Shown here in pieces: positions 1 to 9,011 of a DNA stretch of 49,010 nucleotides. The DNA is taken from IMG/VR virus record IMGVR_UViG_3300033145_000155; one strand, given 5' to 3'. The DNA comes from a virus. The notes under the pieces were generated by a model that was given only the letters and a program-made list of their open reading frames with translations, was not told where the DNA came from and did not search any database. Within the stretch, counting starts at the first letter, position 1. Each line of letters begins with the position of its first letter. A program made the position numbers and the translations under genes.

Positions 1-114
1 GAAACCAACGCAGGTAAAACTTACATGCTAAGGACTGCTCGCAAACCTGTTCACATAGATTCCTTCGATCCTGGTGGTACTAAATGTCTCAGAGATTTAA
101 TTGAAAGCGGTGAT
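1..114. repeat. Terminal overlap. Bases 1-114 are identical to 48897-49010, so the genome is circular or terminally redundant with a unit length of 48,896 bp.
   Basis: Both ends compared base by base; 114/114 identical. Confidence 0.95.
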
Positions 115-732
115 ATTATAGCAGATACGCAATGGGAAGCTGATGATCCTTTCAACCCTAAAGTGTTTGCTAATTGGATGCGAGCAACCGACCTCCGATT
201 TCAAATAGGTTACTTTGAACAGTTCGGAACCTATTGCATTGACTCTGCTACTACATTCGGTGAAGCTATTATGAATTACCAACTTGGAAGCCAAGGTAGA
301 TCGGGCGAATCACCTAGGATGCGTCAAGACTATATGCCACAGAAAACTTACATGACTAATTATATTAAAAAGTTAATGCGACTCCCTTGCGATTTCATTC
401 TTACTGGTCACTTACGTGAGATTAAAAAGTTAATCCGAGTTGATACAAAGACTGGCATTTCAACTGAGGAAATCAAGTATCGTTTCTATACCACTGGTCA
501 AGCTGTTGTGACTATCCCTTTACTCTTCGATGAGATCTATGTCATACTTGGAGAAGCAGGTCGTGAAGGTCCTCGGCGCAAGATGCTGATTGATTCTCTT
601 GGTGAGTATGTAGCGAGGTCAAGGCTGAAAGCAAAGGGATTGCTTAACTCTGTTGAAGAACCAGACATTAAAGAAATATTGAAAAAGATAGGAATGGATT
701 ATCAAGATAAACCAAAGCTTGTTATTGAGTAA
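1..732 (+). CDS. Sak4-like / RecA-fold ATPase. This is the 3' part; the same gene starts at 48804 and wraps the window ends (274 aa in total).
   Basis: Walker A GETNAGKT. Position 1 is in frame with the ATG at 48804 once the 114-nt overlap is removed. Lies next to DUF669-like and Cas4-like nuclease genes. Confidence 0.7.
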   Translation, partial: ETNAGKTYMLRTARKPVHIDSFDPGGTKCLRDLIESGDIIADTQWEADDPFNPKVFANWMRATDLRFQIGYFEQFGTYCIDSATTFGEAIMNYQLGSQGRSGESPRMRQDYMPQKTYMTNYIKKLMRLPCDFILTGHLREIKKLIRVDTKTGISTEEIKYRFYTTGQAVVTIPLLFDEIYVILGEAGREGPRRKMLIDSLGEYVARSRLKAKGLLNSVEEPDIKEILKKIGMDYQDKPKLVIE

Positions 733-756
733 AATAAAAAGAAAGGAGGAAAGGCT

Positions 757-1008
757 ATGTCATCATCATTACCAGTAGCAGAAACAGATGTAAACACGAT
801 TAGGGATCTTATTATTGGAAACATAGATATTGCACGAGGGATAAGAACAAAGTCTGAAAGGCTACACTGTGGAATATCAAAAGAAGATGTATCTGATAAA
901 CCAGATGTGGCAAATAAGCTAGTTGGTCAAGAGCTTATTGATAGACTGTATGAAATGCGGACGATTCTCAATGAAGCTGATGAAGCACTCACTGGATTCA
1001 ATGGATAA
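757..1008 (+). CDS. hypothetical protein (83 aa)
   Basis: ORF with AAAGGAGG SD upstream. Confidence 0.7.
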   Translation: MSSSLPVAETDVNTIRDLIIGNIDIARGIRTKSERLHCGISKEDVSDKPDVANKLVGQELIDRLYEMRTILNEADEALTGFNG

Positions 1009-1032
1009 GATCGTTTTATAATTAAACAAACT
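1008..1032. repeat. 25-nt palindromic element (PE25) copy 1
   Basis: AGATCGTTT-TATAATT-AAACAAACT, followed by CTTAAAGAAAGGAGG. Confidence 0.8.
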
Positions 1033-1075
1033 TAAAGAAAGGAGGTTAAACTAACGGTAGAGGGAAAGTAACTAT

Positions 1076-1096
1076 TAACAACTAACAACTAACAAC
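1076..1096. repeat. Tandem heptamer TAACAAC x3 in the leader of the 1119 gene
   Basis: Read directly: TAACAAC at 1076, 1083 and 1090. Confidence 0.8.
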
Positions 1097-1118
1097 AAAC
1101 TTTAAGGAGGCATAAAAA

Positions 1119-1538
1119 ATGTCATTAACAGATTATTCAAATCTTGAAAAAGAAATTACCGATGCACCAGAGCCAAAGACTTTACCCCGAGGTACTGAGG
1201 TAAAAGCACGCATCATTGCTATGCGTGAAGGTATCAGTGAAAAGAACGATGCACAGTGGTACATGCCTGTGTTTGACATTCCTAAAGAACCCCTCGCAAT
1301 GGAGTTCAATGATTTCTTCTGGGACCTAGCAGATCGTGATAAGCTGGATGAAAAATCAGCTTCTCGTTCATTCAGGAAATTCAAACTCTTTGCTGAAGCT
1401 TTTGGCATTGACTACTCCAAACCGTTTAGCTGGACAGAGGACTTGATTGGCCTGGAAGGTTGGGTCATTCTTGGTGTGAAGAAAAGCGACGAGTATGGAG
1501 ATCAGAACACTGTGTCAAAATATGTAGCAGGTAGGTAG
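1119..1538 (+). CDS. hypothetical protein, possibly a DUF669-like ssDNA-binding partner of Sak4
   Basis: 139 aa, sits directly after the Sak4-like ATPase, SD AAGGAGG. The family assignment is from memory of the sequence pattern only. Confidence 0.4.
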   Translation: MSLTDYSNLEKEITDAPEPKTLPRGTEVKARIIAMREGISEKNDAQWYMPVFDIPKEPLAMEFNDFFWDLADRDKLDEKSASRSFRKFKLFAEAFGIDYSKPFSWTEDLIGLEGWVILGVKKSDEYGDQNTVSKYVAGR

Positions 1539-1585
1539 CTACATCATTGCTAAGGCGGCATTTATTAACTAGCAACATATTGTAT

Positions 1586-1611
1586 GGGGAGCGCCGCCCT
1601 CCCCTTTATTT
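1586..1611 (+). terminator. Rho-independent terminator candidate
   Basis: GGGGAG-cgccgcc-CTCCCC followed by TTTATTT. Confidence 0.6.
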
Positions 1612-1630
1612 AACAACAAGGAGATAAACT

Positions 1631-1942
1631 ATGAACAACGATAAATTTATGTTAGTAACAGAAAAGAGTATTGCTAGGAGTAACAAACTCTTGGATCGCA
1701 AGGGTTTGGTTTACACTGTCAACGACGACCGCTTGATTAACTTCAAACAAGTAGGTGCAATAGAACTTAAGTCACCTACCGAATCCCTCATGTCTATGAT
1801 GAATAAGCATGTAGCAGCAGCTTCATCAATGGTGAAGGAGCCCACTAAATACACACGCAAGCATTGGAATAGTGTGCTTGATGATATACGGAATTACACT
1901 ATCCTTCTCGATGCGCTGTTGATAGACATGGGGATTGAGTGA
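1631..1942 (+). CDS. hypothetical protein (103 aa), possibly DUF1599-like
   Basis: SD AAGGAG. The C-terminal pattern DDIRNYTILLDALL resembles DUF1599. The call is weak. Confidence 0.3.
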   Translation: MNNDKFMLVTEKSIARSNKLLDRKGLVYTVNDDRLINFKQVGAIELKSPTESLMSMMNKHVAAASSMVKEPTKYTRKHWNSVLDDIRNYTILLDALLIDMGIE

Positions 1943-2583
1943 TGACATGTAAAAATTGCGGTACTAATAGGCCAGGAGATATTATAAAGGTAACCTCAGA
2001 CTTAATGCATTGTGCAGTATGTGGAGAGAAAGTAGATCCTTATAAAAGATATGTTAAGGTAGATAGTAACTGGGACAGATACTTTCACTCCATTTGTGAA
2101 TCGGTTGCTTCCAAGTCACCTTGCCTATCCCGCAAAATAGGTGCTATCCTCGTGAGGGATCATAGTATTGTAAGTACGGGGTACAATGGTCCTCCACGAG
2201 GAATACCTCATTGCGGCCATGATAGATATATGAATGATGATACCTTATATGCTCTTATACAGAGCCCTCAAAAATTTCAACCTCATAGAATAAGAAATGA
2301 ATGTCCTCGCAAAATCCTTGGCTATGCCTCAGGTACTCACATGGAACTATGTCTTGCTCAACATGCAGAGGAAAACACTGTATCAAATGCTGCTCGTTTA
2401 GGTGTGTCAATTATTGGCACTACACTTTATATGAACTCAGTAATCCCTTGTAAAAACTGCTTTGGTACTTTAATTAATGCAGGGATTGTAGAAATAGTAG
2501 TAGATGAAGTAACTGTCTATGATAAACATACACAGTTCCTCATCAACAATTCAGTTATTAAATTAAGGAGGTTTGAACTATGA
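1942..2583 (+). CDS. dCMP (deoxycytidylate) deaminase with an N-terminal CxxC...CxxC zinc ribbon
   Basis: HAEENTVSNAA and PCKNC zinc-binding motifs of the cytidine/dCMP deaminase fold. The ATG at 1942 overlaps the upstream TGA. Confidence 0.85.
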   Translation: MTCKNCGTNRPGDIIKVTSDLMHCAVCGEKVDPYKRYVKVDSNWDRYFHSICESVASKSPCLSRKIGAILVRDHSIVSTGYNGPPRGIPHCGHDRYMNDDTLYALIQSPQKFQPHRIRNECPRKILGYASGTHMELCLAQHAEENTVSNAARLGVSIIGTTLYMNSVIPCKNCFGTLINAGIVEIVVDEVTVYDKHTQFLINNSVIKLRRFEL

Positions 2584-2753
2584 TAAGACACTACTTAAAA
2601 ATAACTCCAGCTATCCCCATTAAGGATAGACATAAAATAGAAAAATTAATAACAAAGATGGGATATGTATTTATAGGAGGAGGAACATCTAATGTCAAAG
2701 AAGTCCTCTTTGAAGATACCTTTTCTGATATATCATTTGAGGAGAAAGAATGA
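2580..2753 (+). CDS. small hypothetical protein (57 aa, below the ORF-track cutoff)
   Basis: ATGA start/stop overlap with the deaminase gene. Fills an otherwise empty 216-nt gap. Confidence 0.4.
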   Translation: MIRHYLKITPAIPIKDRHKIEKLITKMGYVFIGGGTSNVKEVLFEDTFSDISFEEKE

Positions 2754-2762
2754 AGTTGAATA

Positions 2763-2787
2763 AGTTCGTTTTATAATAAAACAATCT
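2763..2787. repeat. PE25 copy 2
   Basis: AGTTCGTTT-TATAATA-AAACAATCT, immediately followed by GGAG (the SD of the 2800 gene). The 31-mer 2761-2791 is identical to 39627-39657. Confidence 0.85.
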
Positions 2788-2799
2788 GGAGATGAGATT

Positions 2800-3078
2800 A
2801 TGAAAATTCTATACACAGCTATGGAAGGAGGTTATTGGTTACCTCTAAATATTGATCAGTCCATTGAACAATTAAAGGAATATTGTGAGCTAAATAAGAA
2901 AACAGGGATAGATACTCACAATAGAATACTGATAAACGGAGGAGGGATTAACTGTGTATATGCAGCAGCTATTATGTTTTCAGATGGTACTATCTGGGAT
3001 GATATAATCTGTGACTATGATAAGGTAGACCCAAAATTATTTGACAGTATCTTACGGAGGTATAACTATGAACGATGA
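2800..3078 (+). CDS. hypothetical protein (92 aa)
   Basis: ORF with an SD supplied by the PE25 flank. Confidence 0.7.
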   Translation: MKILYTAMEGGYWLPLNIDQSIEQLKEYCELNKKTGIDTHNRILINGGGINCVYAAAIMFSDGTIWDDIICDYDKVDPKLFDSILRRYNYER

Positions 3079-3310
3079 ATATAGGCCTAGGTTTAGTTTT
3101 GAAGTTACCTATGAGCAAAAACAGCGTGCTGATAAGATTCTCGCTACCTATGGTTTACGTAAAGCTATATTTGGCTATATCCTCGATGATGTCTTAAACA
3201 TGATTGAGGAGTATGGTGGCGTAGCTATAGGCGTGATGATGAGTGGGAAGCTTAAACCTCGGGATGTCATACCAACTATGAAAAGGGCTGAGGAGGCTGG
3301 AAAGAAATGA
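3068..3310 (+). CDS. hypothetical protein, possibly a ribbon-helix-helix DNA binder
   Basis: Start moved to the ATG at 3068 (SD GGAGG 8 nt upstream). The N-terminal PRFSFEVTYEQKQRADKI looks like a beta-strand followed by a helix. Confidence 0.5.
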   Translation: MNDEYRPRFSFEVTYEQKQRADKILATYGLRKAIFGYILDDVLNMIEEYGGVAIGVMMSGKLKPRDVIPTMKRAEEAGKK

Positions 3311-3579
3311 ACCATAGAGATTTAGGCAGGGTATCAATATCAAGTGAGATGATTCTTAATCATCCTGAACAGGTTGCTGAAGTCTTCGCACTCTTAAAGT
3401 TTATACCTATTCATGCTGAGCATAAGCTATACAATAATGATATTGAGTATGTAGCATTGTCTGAGCGTTTTGAAGAAGTCCAAACCGGATGTATAATACC
3501 ATACTATCAGTTAAACATTACACAAGATAAATGTGGGAAAGTAAATCTGGTTGAAGTAGAACAAGTAGATAACATCTAA
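3307..3579 (+). CDS. hypothetical protein (90 aa)
   Basis: ATGA overlap with the upstream gene. Confidence 0.65.
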   Translation: MNHRDLGRVSISSEMILNHPEQVAEVFALLKFIPIHAEHKLYNNDIEYVALSERFEEVQTGCIIPYYQLNITQDKCGKVNLVEVEQVDNI

Positions 3580-3595
3580 ATATTTGGAGGTAATG

Positions 3596-3796
3596 ATGGC
3601 AAACTTAGACGATCTTAATTATCCTTCTATATCTGACATGTCTGCTGATGAGGGCATTGAACTCCTTCGCCAGATTCGATTAAGTCGTAGGATTCCAGTG
3701 AAGAAGGTAAGCACTACAACAAAGACTAACCCAAAGAAAACTTCAAACATCAGTGCTGAAGCGGCTGCTGAATTACTTAAGATTTTAGGAGGATAA
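3596..3796 (+). CDS. hypothetical protein (66 aa)
   Basis: ATG 5 nt after GGAGG. The track start at 3584 is a TTG inside the SD. Confidence 0.6.
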   Translation: MANLDDLNYPSISDMSADEGIELLRQIRLSRRIPVKKVSTTTKTNPKKTSNISAEAAAELLKILGG

Positions 3797-3799
3797 ACA

Positions 3800-5116
3800 A
3801 TGACAATTGAAGTAGGTATTGTAGGAATGATTCCAATCGAATCAATAGTTGTCTCAGACAGAGCTCGAGAGGTAATGGGAGATCTTAATGGACTAGAAGA
3901 CAACATGAAGGAAACTGGACTAATCTCACCACTCGCTGTCAAAGACAATGGCAATGGAATTTATAAACTTCTCGCTGGTGAACGTAGGTTTAACATACTT
4001 AAAAAGAACAAGGTTAAGGAAATCCCTGTTCGTATATATAACAAAACCTTATCTGAAATCGAGATGAAGATCATTGAGAAATCTGAAAACTTCTTCCGTA
4101 AAGATATGGAGTTCTGGGAGTTTGATAAACTCACCTTTGAAATCCATGAGATGCAGCAATCTATCCATGGTGTCAAAGCTCCAGGCCCTGGACAGGAAGG
4201 ATGGTCAACTGAAGACACTGGTGATATGATAGGTGGTGTGTCCAAAGCTACTGTGTCTCAATCTATTAAACGAGCTGAAGCACGTGAAGCCTTTCCTGAA
4301 CTATTTGATAATTGTAAGACCGCAGCTGATGCGACTAAGGTACTTAAGAAAGTTGATGAAGCCTTGATTAAACAAGCCATTGCACAAAAGCTTGAAGCGC
4401 AAAAGCCTTCTGGTACTCTTGGTCAATTATCAAAGTGCTACATCCTCAAGGATTTCTTTGAAGGTGTTAAGGAAATCCCTGATGGTATAATGCACTTGGT
4501 TGAGATAGATCCTCCATATGCTATTGAGCTAGGTAAGGCAAAGAAAGTTGAAGGGGAATCTCAATATCAATTAGATGACTATAGCGAAATTGATAAAGAC
4601 ACATATCCAGAATTCCTTTCCAATTTACTCAGTGAAACTTATCGAGTCATGGCTGAGCACTCTTGGCTTATCTTCTGGTTTGCTCCCGAGCCTTGGTTTG
4701 ATTTAGTTTATAAAGCTATCATAGAAACAGGCTTTGACTCAACAAGAATGTGCGGTATCTGGACTAAGCCTTCTGGTCAGTCCAAGCGTCCGGAGATGCA
4801 CTTGGCAAATAGTTATGAAATGTTCTTCTACGCATGGAAGGGTCGTCCAGCGCTGAACAAAGCTGGAAGATCAAACATATTTCAATATTCTCCAGTGCCT
4901 GCAATCCAGAAGACACACCCAACTGAACGTCCAATAGAATTAACAACTGACATTTATGATACCTTTGCTTTTCCAGGGTCTCGTATCTTAATCCCATTCC
5001 TCGGTTCAGGCAATGGATTGATTAGTGCACATCAACTGGGAATGTCTGCAGTAGGATTTGAACTAGGAAAAGGTCATAGAGACTCGTTCTTGGTTAAGGT
5101 TAACGAGATGAAATGA
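3800..5116 (+). CDS. ParB-like N-terminal domain fused to a beta-class N6A/N4C DNA methyltransferase
   Basis: ParB box LLAGERRF. Motif IV is EIDPPYA, followed later by motif I IPFLGSGNG. This order (IV before I) defines the beta class. Confidence 0.85.
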   Translation: MTIEVGIVGMIPIESIVVSDRAREVMGDLNGLEDNMKETGLISPLAVKDNGNGIYKLLAGERRFNILKKNKVKEIPVRIYNKTLSEIEMKIIEKSENFFRKDMEFWEFDKLTFEIHEMQQSIHGVKAPGPGQEGWSTEDTGDMIGGVSKATVSQSIKRAEAREAFPELFDNCKTAADATKVLKKVDEALIKQAIAQKLEAQKPSGTLGQLSKCYILKDFFEGVKEIPDGIMHLVEIDPPYAIELGKAKKVEGESQYQLDDYSEIDKDTYPEFLSNLLSETYRVMAEHSWLIFWFAPEPWFDLVYKAIIETGFDSTRMCGIWTKPSGQSKRPEMHLANSYEMFFYAWKGRPALNKAGRSNIFQYSPVPAIQKTHPTERPIELTTDIYDTFAFPGSRILIPFLGSGNGLISAHQLGMSAVGFELGKGHRDSFLVKVNEMK

Positions 5117-5277
5117 GACTATTATTATACATACTTTTAATCTTATGCCTTATACTAGGCATATTATTAATCATCAACTGCTTCATACCATTTGGCATAG
5201 GTGTTCTAGTCTTTGGCTATTGTATAATAAAAGTGCTTTATGAAACAGACCGTTTTATAATAAAACGATCTGAATAA
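5113..5277 (+). CDS. small hydrophobic protein (54 aa), uncertain
   Basis: ATGA overlap with the methylase stop. Predicted sequence is MRLLLYILLILCLILGILLIINCFIPFGIGVLVFGYCII... The 3' end consists of a PE25 copy, so it may not be coding. Confidence 0.35.
   Translation: MRLLLYILLILCLILGILLIINCFIPFGIGVLVFGYCIIKVLYETDRFIIKRSE
5247..5271. repeat. PE25 copy 3
   Basis: AGACCGTTT-TATAATA-AAACGATCT, 17 nt upstream of the polymerase ATG. Confidence 0.85.
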
Positions 5278-5288
5278 AAGGAGATAAA

Positions 5289-7799
5289 ATGAGAAGGACT
5301 TACGTACCTCCATCAGGAAACAAAGATGCTAAATTAGCAGGAGTTGGCGAACAGCCTGGCATGGAAGAGATTCGTTCACGGCCACCCAAACCTTTTGTTG
5401 GCCCTGCTGGACGTGGATTAGAAGAATGTCTTCAGATGACTAAAATAGTGCGCCGTGATCTTTACTTAACCAACGTAATCAAAGACCTTGACGCACCTCT
5501 CAAACATTACATAGACCTCGACAATCGTGGGAATCCAACTATCCACCCCGAAGGCTATCAATACATCCAGGAGCTTGCCGAGGAACTTAAATCCCTAAAC
5601 CTCAACGCCGTAATAGCCTTTGGCAACATTGCTTTACTCGCACTTACAAACCGTGTAGGGATAACCAAGTGGCGTGGGTCTGTCCTTGAATCTACCATTG
5701 TTCCTGGGCTTAAAGTAATCCCTACATTCCACCCTGCCACCTTCATCCCACCAAAGTTCAACTTCCTCAACAGACCTTTGATCTGCGAAGATTTACTCCA
5801 AGCTAAATATGAATCTGAGTTTAAAGAAATAGTTCGCCAACCTCGTGATATAACTGTCAGGCCCACATTTAATGAATCAGTTGATGTGTTAAACTATTGT
5901 TATGAAGCTGGACTGCGTGGCCAGACAATAGGTATTGATATTGAAGTTATCAATGGCGAGGTTGATTGTATATCTTTTGGATGGAACTCTGCTAACTCTA
6001 TCTCAATCCCCTTTCGTTATCAGCAAGGGGATTATTTCAATGTAGATCAAGAATTAGAAATAATGTTGCTTATCTCAAAGATTATCCAAGAGCCTCGGAT
6101 TACCAAGTGTGGTGCTAACTTCATATTTGATACACAGTTTATGTTTCACAAGTATGGCATTGTCCCTCGTGGTATATTACACTGTACACAGATTGCACAG
6201 AAGATTTCCTATCCAGACTTTCCTGCTGGACTAGACTTCGTAACCAACATGCATACAGACATCCCTTACTATAAACAAGATGGTAAACAATGGATGAAGA
6301 TGCAAGCTGGCACCTGGGAGCAATGGTGGAACTATAATGGCATGGACGCTATTGTTCCTGTTGAGGCTATACCTAAACAATTAAAGGTGCTTGAACACCA
6401 AGGTAACATTGAAACTTACGAACGTCAACGTAAGTTAATCAAACCTTTAATCTATATGTCCGAGCGTGGTATTAAACTTGATGTCCAAGGTATGATGGAA
6501 TACAAGGATGAACAACAGGCTGAGTTAGACATCCTCGCCGAAAATCTTAACAAGGAAGTAGGTTATGATATTAACTATAACTCGCCTAAGCAACTAATGG
6601 ACTACTTTTACAAAGAGTTAAAAATCAAACCTTATAAAAAGCGCAATGCTCAAGGTCAGTATAATAACTCAATAGATGTTGATGCACTCAAACGTATATC
6701 AAGGCAAGGTTATAAAGCAGCTCAGACCATGCTAGACATTCGTGGTCTTAGCAAGCGTATTTCAACTTATTTAAACATAGGAAAGGTGGATAAAGATGGA
6801 AGATATAGAAGTTCGTATAAGCCCGTTGGAGCTGAAACAGGAAGGCTCTCATCGGGTGAAACTATCTTTGGAACTGGAGGTAATCAGCAAAACTGGCCAC
6901 ACGATTTACTTCGATTTTTCCTCTTTGATGAAGGATATATCGGATACTCTTTCGATCTTAGTCAAATCGAAAATAGAATTGTGGCGTATGTTGGTGGAGT
7001 CCTCCCACAAATCGAAGCCTTTGGACAAGGAATAGACCTTCATCGTCTTACTGCTTCAATCATCTTCAACAAACCTTACGATCAAATTTCAGGTGAAGAT
7101 GGTTCTTCTGAACTTGGTGATGGTAGACAGTCCGAACGCTATTGGGGTAAGAAAGGTAATCACGCAATCAACTATGACATCGGCTATAAGAAATTTGCTC
7201 TTGTCAATGAGATGAATGAAACCGAGGCAAAGCAAGTTCTCGAAACAGTCCATCGTGGGTATCCTCAAATTCGAGGCGGTTATCAGATAATCATTCAAAA
7301 CATGCTTAAGAAAAATAGAATGGTTACAAACTTATACGGTCGTAATAGGTTATTCCTCGGCCCTATTATTCCATCCTATCCTGGCGTGCCAAAGGGTGCA
7401 TGTGAGAGTACATTCCGAGATGCTTATGCACATCTTCCACAATCAACTTGTGCTGACAAGATCAATGAACAAGGTATTGAATACATCTATTACAATCAAG
7501 ATTTATTCAAATACATTGAACTCCTTGCTCAGATACATGACTCGATTGTGTTTCAAGTTCCTTTGTCAATTCCCTGGGAAGAACATGCTAGGATGTTATT
7601 ACTAATTAAGCAATCGCTTGAACAGCCTATTTATTGGCATGGGACAGAGATTAAAACTCCATGTGATTTATCTATTGGTAAGTGTATGTGTAAGGACATG
7701 ATGATAGAATTGAAAAGTAAGGAAATTCCATCTGATAATGACTCATTAGCAACCAAACTAAAAATTATCTACAACACAATTAAAAATAATGGAAACTAA
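5289..7799 (+). CDS. Family A DNA polymerase with an N-terminal UDG-family-4-like domain and a 3'-5' exonuclease region
   Basis: UDG-like motifs GEQPGMEE...FVGPAGRGL and FHPATF. Pol motif A DLSQIENRIVA, motif B-like KKGNHAINYDIGY, motif C QIHDSIVF. Confidence 0.85.
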   Translation: MRRTYVPPSGNKDAKLAGVGEQPGMEEIRSRPPKPFVGPAGRGLEECLQMTKIVRRDLYLTNVIKDLDAPLKHYIDLDNRGNPTIHPEGYQYIQELAEELKSLNLNAVIAFGNIALLALTNRVGITKWRGSVLESTIVPGLKVIPTFHPATFIPPKFNFLNRPLICEDLLQAKYESEFKEIVRQPRDITVRPTFNESVDVLNYCYEAGLRGQTIGIDIEVINGEVDCISFGWNSANSISIPFRYQQGDYFNVDQELEIMLLISKIIQEPRITKCGANFIFDTQFMFHKYGIVPRGILHCTQIAQKISYPDFPAGLDFVTNMHTDIPYYKQDGKQWMKMQAGTWEQWWNYNGMDAIVPVEAIPKQLKVLEHQGNIETYERQRKLIKPLIYMSERGIKLDVQGMMEYKDEQQAELDILAENLNKEVGYDINYNSPKQLMDYFYKELKIKPYKKRNAQGQYNNSIDVDALKRISRQGYKAAQTMLDIRGLSKRISTYLNIGKVDKDGRYRSSYKPVGAETGRLSSGETIFGTGGNQQNWPHDLLRFFLFDEGYIGYSFDLSQIENRIVAYVGGVLPQIEAFGQGIDLHRLTASIIFNKPYDQISGEDGSSELGDGRQSERYWGKKGNHAINYDIGYKKFALVNEMNETEAKQVLETVHRGYPQIRGGYQIIIQNMLKKNRMVTNLYGRNRLFLGPIIPSYPGVPKGACESTFRDAYAHLPQSTCADKINEQGIEYIYYNQDLFKYIELLAQIHDSIVFQVPLSIPWEEHARMLLLIKQSLEQPIYWHGTEIKTPCDLSIGKCMCKDMMIELKSKEIPSDNDSLATKLKIIYNTIKNNGN

Positions 7800-7802
7800 A
7801 AT

Positions 7803-8996
7803 ATGCCTAATAATAGAAATCTCCCCGACTGGTTGGATAGTTTCATGCTCCTCACAGAGAACTCCGAGCCTCCATTACTCTTCCGTAAGTGGACTGCTAT
7901 TTCCGCTATTGCTTCCGCTTTGCAAAGAAAGGTTAGAGTGGAGCTTGGACTATCCCTTACTTTTTATCCTAATTTATACATAGTCCTTGTCGGCCCAAGT
8001 GCTACCGGCAAGGGTACAGCAATGAAGTATGCTTCAGACATTATTGAACAGGTTCCCTCAATTCGTCTAAGTGCTCAAGCTACTTCGCTTCAAGCTCTTA
8101 TTCGCCGAATGAAGGAGACTAACCTAACCGACATTGACTTGGCTACAGGTGACCAACAGTACCATTCATCGCTTACTATTTTCTCCACCGAATTTACTGT
8201 ATTCTTAGGTTATCATAACAAGGAATTAATTTCCGCTCTTTGTGAATGGTATGACTGTCATGAACGGTGGAGTTATGAAACCATAGCAAGGAAAAAGGAA
8301 GAGGTCATTGGAGTCTGGGTTAACATCCTTGCAGGGACAACTCCTGATGCCATTCAAAGTTCACTACCTATTGAATCCATAGGAGGTGGTCTAACTTCCC
8401 GCATCATCTTTGTGTATGAAGAGAAGAGGGAAAAGTTAGTCATCTTTCCTACGAAAACAGATGAAGAAATCCAGCTTCAACAAATGCTAATTAATGATCT
8501 GGAACAAATAAGTATGCTGTCTGGAAAGATGGAATATGGTTCTGACTTTGCTGAAGCTTACTCTGCATGGTGTTATAATGCAGATGAGAATCCTCCCTTT
8601 TATGATCCAAAGTTTGATGGTTACTGTGGTCGGCGAAGGAATCATTTAATATCCTTGTCAATGATCTGTTGTGCAAGTAGAACCGACAGCATGATTATGA
8701 CAGCTGAGGATCTTGCAAGGGCTTCTGAATTCTTACTTGGAGCGGAAGTTAAAATGGGCAAGGTTTTCAGAGGTATGGGCAAAAGTGATATCTCATCTTT
8801 GATCAATGATGCTATTGTGTTCATTGAGAATTCAATTACTAAGGAAATCCCTGTTTGGCAATTTGCTAGACAGTTCGAAGGTAACATGGATAAGTTTATT
8901 ATGGACAGAGTTTTGTTTACATTGGAGGCTAGCAATTATATTAAGATAGTGAAAAGGCCTGGGACTGACACTTTGATAACCATATTAGATCGTTAA
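7803..8996 (+). CDS. P-loop NTPase, possibly a DUF3987-like replicative helicase or primase-associated protein
   Basis: Walker A VGPSATGKGT. Sits directly after the polymerase. The family guess is from memory only. Confidence 0.45.
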   Translation: MPNNRNLPDWLDSFMLLTENSEPPLLFRKWTAISAIASALQRKVRVELGLSLTFYPNLYIVLVGPSATGKGTAMKYASDIIEQVPSIRLSAQATSLQALIRRMKETNLTDIDLATGDQQYHSSLTIFSTEFTVFLGYHNKELISALCEWYDCHERWSYETIARKKEEVIGVWVNILAGTTPDAIQSSLPIESIGGGLTSRIIFVYEEKREKLVIFPTKTDEEIQLQQMLINDLEQISMLSGKMEYGSDFAEAYSAWCYNADENPPFYDPKFDGYCGRRRNHLISLSMICCASRTDSMIMTAEDLARASEFLLGAEVKMGKVFRGMGKSDISSLINDAIVFIENSITKEIPVWQFARQFEGNMDKFIMDRVLFTLEASNYIKIVKRPGTDTLITILDR

Positions 8997-9011
8997 ATTG
9001 TTAAACGATCT
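8987..9011. repeat. PE25 copy 4, at a convergent gene junction
   Basis: AGATCGTTA-AATTGTT-AAACGATCT. Overlaps the stop codons of both convergent genes. The 23-mer 8992-9014 is identical to 16783-16805. Confidence 0.85.

Noticed and set aside
2772-2778. TATAAT in the PE25 spacer as the -10 box of a promoter
   Set aside because: An exact TATAAT on the plus strand occurs in only about 6 of 20 copies. It occurs regardless of gene orientation and has no matching -35 box. The clear promoters found elsewhere have a different architecture (TTGACA-N17-TGnTATGGT).
3606-3615. Isolated PE25-like half-sites (AGACGATCT at 3607, AGATCGTTA at 42418)
   Set aside because: These are single arms with no partner at the fixed 7-nt spacing and lie inside coding sequence. 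They are compatible with chance.
6796-7605. Same-strand out-of-frame ORFs inside the polymerase gene (6796-7035, 7396-7605) and 7789-7983
   Set aside because: They are fully nested in, or overlap, the polymerase or P-loop genes in another frame, with no independent translation signals.
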